Assembly: GCF_964355755.1 (NCBI RefSeq)
Contig: NC_092674.1
Span: 14,198,001-14,262,000 of the forward strand
DNA from: Antedon mediterranea
Taxonomy: Eukaryota > Animalia > Echinodermata
Length of the DNA: 64,000 bases
Direction: 5' to 3'
In this document: positions 53,103 through 64,000 of the stretch, piece by piece
How the letters are laid out: each line of letters opens with the position of its first letter
Numbering within the stretch: the stretch's first letter is position 1
Made by a program: the position numbers and the translations under genes
The notes under the pieces: model-generated
What the model was told of the DNA's origin: nothing
Database searches by the model: none
What the model saw: only the letters and a program-made list of their open reading frames with translations

Positions 53103-55572
53103 TGAAGTGACCTTTAAAGTTCAGTATATACATATATTTATCGGCTAAATTTTAGCATAGAAAATATAAGAACCGCGAACGTAAGACGTAGGCCTACCCA
53201 CGGGCCAAGAGGTATTCTTTTATTGTTCAACTATTCTAATGTTTTAACATCGCTAATCGCGCGACCCTTTGAAACTTGTCGTTGTATATGATGTGTGAGC
53301 GTGCGCGATGCTATATTCTAGGCGTTGGAGTAAACAACCCAACGAAAGTGACAGTGGGGAGACGTGTAAATGATGGTTGCGAATGAACTGCCGTTGCTTA
53401 CAAAGGGAGCATACCGCCTCTCGTACCTACGCATTTTGGTCCCTGGATGTGTATAGCATGGTCCCGGATGTCAACGCGTGAGGCCAACTAAATAAGATAA
53501 TAGAGTTACTGTATAAATAGTTTCGTACCAAGAGACACCACCAGACAAGAAAATCCTATCCCTAGCAAGTAACTTTGATTCAGATGTTGGTCCTTGCAAC
53601 TTTGATACAGCCCAGATATCCACACGTGAACCGCACTGAAAATGAGTTCGTGAATTAGGCGTTTTACTGTAATATTAAATATGTTTGTTACTAAAACAAG
53701 TTTGATCAAATAAATTCTACAATATTAGGGCCTAATAAATCATATTTTTCGTCAGAAATAAGGAAGATGGCGCCTCGGCAAACGTGCCTGTTTGTGAGTG
53801 AGAATCAATAATACACCATCATTAATTTTGAGAGGTTCAGGGAAGTTACCATTTACACTAACAACTTGCGTACGGTTAGTGAGATAAGATTAGAACCAGT
53901 CTCAGTACAAATCCTTTTTTGTAAAACAATTGCCTTTTTTAAACGTCTATAAGATTTATGGTTGAATGAGCTTATTGAAAACCGGATTGTTAAGTATGAA
54001 TAATTTTATTTTTGGAAAGTTACATTTCAACATTTCCTCATATGAGGATAATTAGTGGACAAGGTAAATAAGCCTATGCGTTTTTTTTAAAGTATCTTGG
54101 CGAATGTTCGTAAAACACACATTAAAACGTGAGGCAACGTATTTTAGGACAGAATATTGTTTTGTTGATAACTATTTTATTATTTGTTTTATAATTATTC
54201 TTGTGTCCGAGATGTTTTAGGAGATTTTCATAATTATTAGGTTTGTCTTTCCATCAATCTTATTCAGAAAGTAATTATATTTAGCTATTTTGATCGGCCT
54301 AAACCAGGCAAACTAAGATTTGTATATCTTTTTTAAAATTGAAAATAAACTCTTTTATTATCATCCCAATTAACAGTGCAAAATCACATTCTTCCACCTT
54401 TGTCGAGAAAAGTCGACACGCATACATACTTTGATATACAGATATTTCGATACCTTCAAAGCCTCTAACGATTAGAAAGACTATGAGGTCAAGGGGTAAA
54501 TTTGCTTGTAACATATTGAAACCACACGATTGCTGTTGGAAATATGTAATATTTTACTAGTGACATTAGACAAATCGATATTATAAGTGTTTCAGAAAAG
54601 TTATTTATATTGTACTTTATTTTTTATTATTTTTACGTAGTTGTGTTCGTTTTTATGAACATTCAATGTTATTTTTCTAGTGCAATAAATGGTCACTAAG
54701 GCCAAATTAATAACCCCAGTATCTTTTACATTATTTTGTACATTAATAACAATTTCAAAGCAAAGCATGAGCTCTTTTCTTTCTATTAATATCAATAATA
54801 ACTTGCTAAACACATTTCTTATATTTGTATTGTACTCCCGCAGCGATAATAATAAGTAACAAAAAAGAAATTATATCCATGTCAGCATTTATGTGGTTGG
54901 GTAGTAGCACAGCTATCATTTTTATTCTGATGTTTAACGTTGGGAAACATGTAGTGTTAATTCTCACAAGAAGGCATAGTAACATAAGACAATTTGTTGT
55001 AATCATTGCCATTATAAACTAAAAATATGGTAGTTTACCTGCTAATCAATGATTGTCTTTCATCAGGTGCGTGGCGTAGTAGGCTATTTGTCAGCCGATT
55101 GCAAATTCTCGCCAAAACACAACGAACAAAATCAAATGAAAACGGGATAAAAATATACGTACCAAAACCCACTTTACATATCCATTTAAAAAGTACTCAT
55201 GAAGTCGTTTGGTGATCAATATTGCACTTAGATGTTAAACATCCGTCAATTGAGTAACGATGCCTCACACAGTATGGTCTCCGGAAAAACAAAGAATTTT
55301 CGATTCTACACCTTTTGTTATACTGCACATTTTAAATTTATAGTAACCAATACGTTCAATGGAGTCAACTAACTGTAAATATCAACAACGGTGTGTTTCT
55401 CACAACAAAACCTACGTTTTTCATGGGATTTACAACGACGTTTTTTAAGAGTGCTATTTTTATGCATATTTTAGGTATGTTATTACCGTCGGTCCTTTCA
55501 ACTGAAAATTCATTTTTTTAAATCACACTGAATTATATAGCACCCCTTATTAATAATGTTTGTAACACTTAC

Positions 55573-55671
55573 ATTTTCCTGAAGATCCAATTTAGCACCT
55601 GCCTTGAGCAAAATACTGCAAACATCTGTGTGGCCCTTAATTGCAGCAGAATGCAAAGGTGTCCAACCATC
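55573..55671 (-). CDS. Ankyrin-repeat exon DGWTPLHSAAIKGHTDVCSILLKAGAKLDLQEN
   Basis: 99 bp, TTTCAG / GTAAGT, phase 0/0. Not in the ORF track. Confidence 0.9.
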
Positions 55672-56259
55672 CTGAAATATTACAAATAATATTATTATGT
55701 TATAGTATTTTTCACTTTACAACAAACTATTTAATATTGTACTAAAATAAATTAGATGGGATCATGTATAATACTACTTCAATTAAATAATTAAATTTAT
55801 ATATTTAAAGTATGATAAATTGTAAAAAAATTGCTAACTATAGTTTATTAATATTTGATATTTTCGTTGTAAAGTGCATTACAAACGCATTTGCTTGCAT
55901 GGTATTCTTGTGGATGGTACAGTACGTTTTAAACACTTAATTACGAGATTAACACGGAAACGCTTTTATATCCGATAAGAGGTATTTTATATACAATCTA
56001 TCATTTTAAGATTTTATTGACTTCTGCATTACAAGGTAGTTTTTTTATTGTAAGATAGTAAAACGTTAAAAGTTGTATAAAGTACATATTTTGTTTCATT
56101 ACTACAATACCAACACATACTTATCAATATAAGTATATGCGAGTTACTTTTTGGTAACTTAAAACCAATTGCCATAAACACAGGTTGGTAAATGATACTG
56201 GTATGTACTTCTAATTTATAAAAAAATATATATTTTAGTTATAAACTGTTAATATTAAA

Positions 56260-57000
56260 TCATTGGACAGTTTGTGTGAATTGTGTAATGATACCGATGA
56301 TACCGATGTATCTTTAAAACATTCGTGTTTTTTTAAGATGTCCTACGCATACATCGGCAAATGGAGCATCACCTATTTTGAACCGACTGCCATCTTATTC
56401 TTAAATAAACGTTTACTAAGTTTATCCAGTAAGTTAAGATTTGCTGTCATCTTACTTCTATCACTATGAACACACTTATTAAGAAATCAGCAGCATTTCA
56501 TCACATAGGATTGATAATTGGATTGGTCTTTCTTAATTTTTTTCTTTCTTAATCAGGTGTAATCCCTATTGCAGCACAAGCGAATCCACATCGAAATTCG
56601 ATGCAGTATAATCTGTATAATCCATGCTGTAACATCCATATTTAAACCAGAACACTGGTATTACTATTACCACATATTAATCATTAAAGATTCCCTGGTT
56701 TCGTTTAAATCAGATGCAATTGGAATTCCACGAACCTCAACAGCATCCTTGTATTCCACCCTACCACTGGATCGGTCACTTAGAATTATGCACCTCAACA
56801 GCATCCTTACTCGATCGGTGCTATTAATACTTATTGAGGTATAGGCTGGTTTATTTTTGCAGAAACCAGATATCCTCTAATTTGCATAAGTTGAAAATTA
56901 TTATCGTTTGACCAAAATCACAAAGTCATCAATATCATCTTGGAATTGACTAATATCAGCATTAACCTTTAGTACTTCACCTGAAGTAACCAACATAAAA
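56260..57000 (-). pseudogene. Degenerate non-LTR retrotransposon RT C-terminal remnant
   Basis: SQFQDDIDDFVI / WSNDNNFQL-like segment with many stops and frameshifts. Confidence 0.4.
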
Positions 57001-57344
57001 CATAGCGTGACACACTTTTCAAATCGTGTTCCCAGGTTTCTGCACCGCGTTAAAATCGCCTAATCGACCAAATATATTGGGATATGCATACAGATATAGT
57101 TATGTCAGGAATAGACAATGTAAGTCGCTTATTACGAAGATGGACCTATTTCACCATGTACAGAAGCAACACCTTCCACGCGAATCATTAAAAAAATATT
57201 ACCAAACTGACAAGCACTCGCTTATTTTTGGTGTACTGTTGGGTGTTGGGTGTTGTTGTTGTAACATTGTAATAATTGAAATTGTAAATGTTTGCCGCGG
57301 GTATTATGGAGAGAAGAAATCCTATTTGCACTTGCTTCAACATT

Positions 57345-58425
57345 TGTTATGGTTATGGTTTTAAATTTATATAGCGCAAAATACAAACAGTCTCTATGCG
57401 CTGTTTAGCACAAGTGTGAAAATGAAAAAAAATGTTGATGTCAAATAAACCACGAAATAGCCTAAAAACAGAATAAATTGACCAAGACAACAGAAAAAGT
57501 CCGAAAACGGAATCTCACATCACCACACTGTTTCACTAACTTGTCAAGACAAGCTAACTATTTATTCACAAGTGTCATGTGTGAGCATCTGACTATCCTG
57601 CCTAACAAACAATAAAATGGATAAAATGTATATATGAGAAAAATAATGAATTCACACAGAACGAAACAATTGAGTCTTCAAGTGAGCTTTGAAGATCGAA
57701 ACGGAGGGAGACTCACGAATCACACAAATGCAAAGAGTTCCACAATTTTGGAGCAGCGACCACGAAAGATTGCTCCTCACATGATTTCAATCTACACCGT
57801 GGATATTCGAGAGTAGTTAAGTCAGACGTAGACCGTAGGGAACGAGTACAGGTCGCCGAGCGAAACTTGATTAACTCATGAAAATGATGAATGGATTTGA
57901 AAACAAATAAAAGAACTTTGAAAACAATACGCTTTTCAACAGGGAGCCAATGGAGACGACGGAGAACAGGGGTGATATGTTGAAATTTAGGTGTCTGAGT
58001 GACGAGACGGGCGGCACTCTTAATTAGTAGTTGAAGTCTTCTAATAGATGTTTGAGGCAATCCATAAAGAACTCCATTACAATAGTCCAATCTGGATGTT
58101 ACTAGGGCATACACTAGCTTTAATGTAGCATCCTCGTTTTAAGAAACTTCTAACTACCCTGATGTTCCGGAGTTCAAAAGATACTGCTCGGCTAACATTG
58201 GTGATATGCCTGCCATGGATAAAGCGGAGTCGAACATTACGCCGATATTACGTACCTCAGACGATGGAATGATATTGGCGACTCCCACACGAATGGTTTC
58301 AATTATGGGCATGTTTGCGTGACGTTTGGGATTTATGTAAAGGACTTCTTATCAGTGTTACAGCGAAGCATGTTGGAAAACAGCCACGAATGTACATCAT
58401 CAATACATGCCTCTAGGATGCGGAT
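57345..58425 (-). mobile_element. L2 LINE 3' fragment
   Basis: ALVTSRLDYCNGVLYGLP..LQ...AARLV...HITPVLRRLHWLPV..RI.FK; 3' end GCGCTATATAAA plus short repeats. Confidence 0.85.
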
Positions 58426-60093
58426 TGAATATTTTCTATACAATACAAAACCGTATACAATAAAACTTGTATTAGGCCTAAGTTTGCAATAATTTGTATA
58501 ATTAATGTTTCTCTATAAATTGCGTCTTCAGCGATGTTTTCATATTAAGCTGTACTAATTTTAAATCAATCGGAGTTCTTTAGTCCTATACATTATAGTG
58601 AGTGTTGAGTTGATAAAATAATCAAAACTGATTACATTTCGATTATCAGAAAGCTTAATTGTTTTAATATTTGCATAAACAATTATTATTTTTTCTTTTT
58701 ACTTGGTTAGATAAAACATGTTAGTTAGATAATGACAACATTGTGGTTAACATTCTTCATTTAATGATATTATTTTAAGTATTCCCACAAATTGCACTGT
58801 TTATGTATACCTAAATAGGTACAGTAGCTCTTTTTATATATTTGTTGCTGTTATGATAAAAAATATTTCACTTCAAAAACTTTCCAAAAATAGCGATACA
58901 CAACAATGACAACAAAAAAAGAGGTGAAACCAAATTCTATTTTACGTTCTTGTCACTATAAATATTTTGAACGACTGAGTTGGACAAAAAGGTGCGTTAT
59001 ATTGGTTCACATGAGCAAAGTTGAAATAAGAAAGATATTTCGAAACCAGTGTTACACTGTAAAAATAATTTTGGAAAAGACACAAATAAAGCATAAATCA
59101 ACAATTATTATTGCCTACTTATCAACCAAACCACAGCACCAAACGTGTGGTCATAAAGCAAATATTCAATTCACAGTAATTCATTTTCTGATTTTTTTTT
59201 AAATTAATTTGTGTAATGTTTTATATTATTGTAATTCGATGTTTTCTTTATTTTTACTATTATAATGCCAATTATTATCTTTTGTAAATAAGGATTAAGT
59301 CGAATCGACTTTAGATCTGCAAGTAAGTAACAGAGAAGCTGTTCTCTTGTTCGTTCTCAGGTGGTGATTGAATCTGAGTTGAAAGTTTGTAATAAATTAG
59401 GCTATTTATTAGATTTTCCTAATACTTAACGTCACCCTTAATATGTATTAACTGTCCTTTTTAAATATCAATTTTTTCGACTTACAGTATATTCAATATA
59501 TTTCATTCTTGTGTTGTGTTAGGTAGCTAACATTATGAATAGTTTGTCTTGAATGAAGTTTAATTTAATTTTAATTACATGTTTATCGTAATAACATTTG
59601 TCTGTAATTGCAGTATTAATTTGTTTAAAATGAATCTTATGAGTTTTTAAAGAAACAATGGTACTTCATATACAGAACTACTAGTAGTATTGTCGCGGAT
59701 GCGCCAAACTTCCAATGACACAAACGCACGCACACAGTACAGGTCAATGATTAAAAACCTAAACATTTGTATACGTTTTCTTTGTAGTTTAGGCCTATGT
59801 CAGTTTCAGATTGTTATTTGTAAATTAAAGTGCAATTAACCCTACAATCGTCATATTTCATTTAGAGTAGTACGTCCTGTACTTAGAATTTACTTTTACA
59901 ATAATTGACTCACGGTTGTATTGCGTCGCCCTTCCACATAACCTTTTATCTCATCCCATCCTATTGAAATCGAATTTAGACATTGTAGGCCTAAATAGAT
60001 GTGTTATGAATGTGACAAAATGCCTTGATACATGCTTAAATAAACTCTCATAGAACTGTCTATTATGGTTACGAAAAATATTCCAACAAATAT

Positions 60094-60620
60094 TGTTGTG
60101 ACGTCACACCAAAAAATCGTATTTGGTACGCTACCAATAATAGGCCTACTACTGTTTTAATAGTATAACGATTTCTCGGCAATATAAATAAAAGAAGGGG
60201 TACTATACAGCTAGAGCTGTTCCGCTTTTTGATTCTCTCAACCAGCTTTACAGATTGTTGTTATTAATTCAGTTCGAACGTAAACGAGTTGGCAGTAAAA
60301 TGAATAGAAGTTTTAAAAGGAAGTAAAAGAGAGGCGTAGGTAATGAAGGTGAGCGAATAAGGCCTGTTCCACGTCTTTTTGTGTGATTCGTGCGTTTATA
60401 CCTATTATAGATACTGTTATATACATTCTGTAAAAGCATGGTGCTCAGGTTTCTTTGTTGTTGCCGACGGATCTATTATGATGTTATTTATAATACAGGT
60501 CATGATTATTGTTATTAAAATAGGAAAATAAACTACTAAATTGTGTTTGTGTTGTACCATGTTGTGTTTCAGTTACTGAACAACATAGTTCTGCTGGTTC
60601 TGTTACTTATATATACAACA
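60094..60620 (+). mobile_element. Possible solo LTR
   Basis: TGTTGT...ACAACA termini but no matching TSD. Confidence 0.3.
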
Positions 60621-61677
60621 GTACTTTATAATAATATTTAATACAATGTGCTATAGAATACAATTTGCTTATGTATCGCTTTTTCACATTGATCAAATCG
60701 ATTGACATTATGATTACAATGTAGTAGCAGTTAAAATATATATCTCAATTATGTATTGAATGAAATTTAAAATCACTTTTTACATTTTTTAATAGTACGT
60801 TCATTTTAATAATGCTTTTAAACCAAAATTCCGATTTAACCAGTCTAATTTGTGCTGGAGGAAGAGCAGTTCATAGCACAAGGCTGGTTAGAAAAATGCA
60901 TGACGATCACCAGAAACCCGCCTAGTAATTGGATTGTACAGACGCCTGGTATTCTCAGACCGATGTAACATTCTTTTACAACCATAGGGTAGGGACTAAT
61001 AAAATCTCAAAAAGGTACTCTGACGCTAGATTATCGAGACAAATTATGAACATTCAAATGTCTTAAATGTAATTCTACAATGTAAAGGAAGTCAATGAAG
61101 CTCGAAAAGAAGAGGTCCCGCCATAACACCTCGTGACATCTCAAAGATAAGCCTTCCGTTTTGTAATATCATTTTTTTTTTACCAAATATATACCAACAA
61201 ACTGCGTGTTACATTAGTCAGGTCTATAAAGAGACCAGTGGCATTAGCGCACGTCGTATTACTTAAAAACTGTCTAATTCTGCATAATTATTGCAATACT
61301 TGCTATTGGTTAAAATAAACCTAATATGTTTGCCAATGTCTATTTTAGACTAAATAAGATGAGGAATATAACATTATAAAGTACCATACTTATTATTCGG
61401 GTCGGGGTGGCTGTTAGAGGTTGGGGCGTTCATTCGCGGGAGACGTTTGTTGGTAAAACTTCATAATAAAATAAATTTAGATATAAAGAATATTAACACT
61501 AAAAAACTAATTTTGTTAAAAATATAACAGAATTTTTATTATCAAGATACTGATTTATAGTGCCCCATCTATTGGTCTTTTGTTATAGACTTTTTATAAA
61601 CTATCATTGGTTGATCTGACATCTCAATGGTAAGATTAACTTTACGATGCAGCGATGTTCAGAACCATTTGATGGGT

Positions 61678-62453
61678 TGTTGAGCTGTGAAATGTGCAAA
61701 AAGTCACATTTATGCAAACAACCACATTTGTGCAAACATGGCGCCCTCAAATGTGCAAATCTGTAAAATTGTATAGTCCACTTATGTGCAAACATCTCGC
61801 CGTTAACTGTAAAAAGGATCAATTTTGAGGTTAAAAATGTGCAAATGAAATTCTACAAACTTGCAAATCATGTTTTTCAACCTAAATCGTTTATTCAAGA
61901 AATATTTTCGCAATTTTAATAACATTTTATTCTTTTACCTGTATTTGTTATAAATGTATACAGTTTTCAATGAGCTTTGGTTTTATTATATACTGAAAAT
62001 ACCTTGCACAATTTGAATATTGATTCGAATTACCAAAGAAAATCGTCAATGAATTTCAAATTGCATAATTTGTTCAAATCGCGTATCAGAAATACATTAA
62101 TAAAATAATATAAAGCAGCAAGCAGCGACCACGTGTCAGTCCTGCATACCCTGACATTCGGATTCTGTCAAAAACAGATTATTTTAGCATGTAGGCCTAT
62201 ATAATGTAATACTATATCTTGAAAACATTGTTAGAAAACCCGTGACTATTTAGAATTAGATTATCATTTTAATAAACGATTTTTGGTTGAACAAAAATGA
62301 TTTGCACATTTTTAGAATTTCATTTTGTACATTTAACGTCAACACTGATCGATTTTACATTTAACGGCGGGGGATGTTTGCACATTAGTGTATTATACAT
62401 TTTTACAGATTTGCATATTTGAGGGTGTAATGTTGGCACAAATGTGGTTGTAC
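61678..62453. mobile_element. Long-TIR non-autonomous DNA element with TGT terminus (Ginger-like, tentative)
   Basis: Arm 61678-61872 is inverted against 62298-62453. It interrupts the conserved intron block next to the 62579 exon. Confidence 0.65.
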
Positions 62454-62578
62454 ATCCTGGCAACACAAATAATCTGTAATATGATGTTATTACTAGCATG
62501 TCCTTCTTTCAATTATATTTTTTTTAAACCACACTGAATTATATAGCACCACTTAATAATACTGTTTGTAGCACTTAC

Positions 62579-62677
62579 ATTGTTTGGAAGATCCAATTTA
62601 GCACCTGCCTTGAGAAAAATAGTGCAAGCATCTGTGTGGCCCTCTTGTGCAGCCACATATAAAGGTGACGATCCTTT
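62579..62677 (-). CDS. Ankyrin-repeat exon KGSSPLYVAAQEGHTDACTIFLKAGAKLDLPNN
   Basis: 99 bp, TTTCAG / GTAAGT, phase 0/0. Confidence 0.9.
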
Positions 62678-63267
62678 CTGAAATATTACAAACATTATTT
62701 AGTATTTTTTCATTCTAAAACAATCTATTTAATATTGTGCTGAAATAAATTTGGATTTAAATAATGCTACGTTGTTAAATTAAATAAAGATTATTAAACT
62801 CTGGTATTTTCTTAATAATATATAATAATGATAATAATGTATTTTATACGTATACATCTGTCTTTCTTTATAGTACATTTTTATAGTACTGTATAAATGT
62901 AAGACAAATAAGGGATTTTTTTTGCCTGAAAAATAAGCACTAGTGCTAATATAGTCTGAGTGTAAATTAAGATAAAGTGACGTTTGAACTGGCAGTTACA
63001 GCTAAAAATATATCTAGGAACCACATTCTTTTAGGTGACACATTTGGACTGCTAAATTCTTACCATTGGTTTCATTTTACCGTTACTTGGAGGAGATATA
63101 TTTTTTTTTTATGTTTTAAAAAATCGAATGGAAATCTCGATTTATTAATATCCATTTATTGTATCATTGGCATAAAATGCAGTTTTGATCTGTACAGCAC
63201 AATACAATGCAAAAACAGAAAACTGAAAAACAACGACACATCATTTTACTAACATCCAGTGCCCTAA

Positions 63268-64000
63268 TAGTCCAGTAAATAGGGTGAACCTAGAACAAAT
63301 TGCAACAGAATTTTGTTTTGTTTTGTCTGGTAAATATGGTTCAAATGAATATCATATCCAAAGTTTACCAAAATCGGACATCGCGAAGTGGGTTAATTAG
63401 CATAAATTCAAAATGGCCGCCATTTGCTATTTTGAAGCCTCATATCTCTCTAACGGTTTGATTTAGACCACCTAAGTGCATTACGAGTAGATATAAATGT
63501 GATATTAAACATTCTAATGAGCATATTTAAATTCCCATTTGACGTACCAATGACGTCATATGGTAGTTGTGACGTCATATATTATGTTATAACTGTTTAA
63601 ATGACATTATACTATGCGAACAATTTAGGAACTGCAAGAAAACATGTTTCTTGACATTTTCCTTGTTGAAATGAACATTATTTCCAAAGTTTACCAAAAT
63701 CGGACGTCAGGAAGTGGGTTAATTAGCATACATTCAAAATGGCCGCTATTTACTATATCATTTTGAAGCCCTATATCTCCTTAATGGTGGTTTTAGACCA
63801 CCAAAGTGCATTGCGAGTAGATATAAATGTGACATTAAACTTTCCAATTAACACATTTAAATTACCATATGACAAAAACATGACGTCATAAGGTAGTTGT
63901 GACGTCATATATTATGTTATAACTGCTTAAATGGCATTATCCCATGCTAAAAAATGTAGAAACTGCAGAAAAACAATTGTCTAACAATTTCCTGTTGAAA
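63268..64000. mobile_element. Left end of an Academ-type element with an internal ~325-bp tandem repeat
   Basis: Begins TAGTCCAG exactly where homology to 35310-35330 breaks. 63343-63668 is repeated from 63669. Confidence 0.6.

Noticed and set aside
53506-55215. Cluster of 60-70-aa ORFs
   Set aside because: Low-complexity AT-rich translations with no recognisable motifs or consistent splice structure.

Overview
AT-rich animal (probably invertebrate) genomic DNA, dominated by transposable elements and local segmental duplications. The only convincing host gene is a minus-strand ankyrin-repeat gene. It appears as widely spaced 99-bp phase-0 exons, each encoding exactly one ankyrin repeat: four intact (62579-62677, 55573-55671, 33767-33865, 20159-20257) and one broken (37720-37802). 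The exons sit in homologous duplicated intron blocks, differ mainly at ligand-binding-surface codons and look mosaic, which suggests a modular, diversifying exon-cassette array. Its start and end were not identified here. Around it lie a deleted Harbinger element, a near full-length CR1 LINE, an L2/Crack-type LINE, a Penelope element (with a minimal hammerhead ribozyme and a nested Academ MITE), other Academ remnants, a solo LTR, hAT/Sola/Helentron-like MITEs, and 36-38-bp palindromic insertions with 7-bp target duplications. Most short ORFs in the track are spurious. All alignments were done by eye, and TE family names are motif-based, not database hits.
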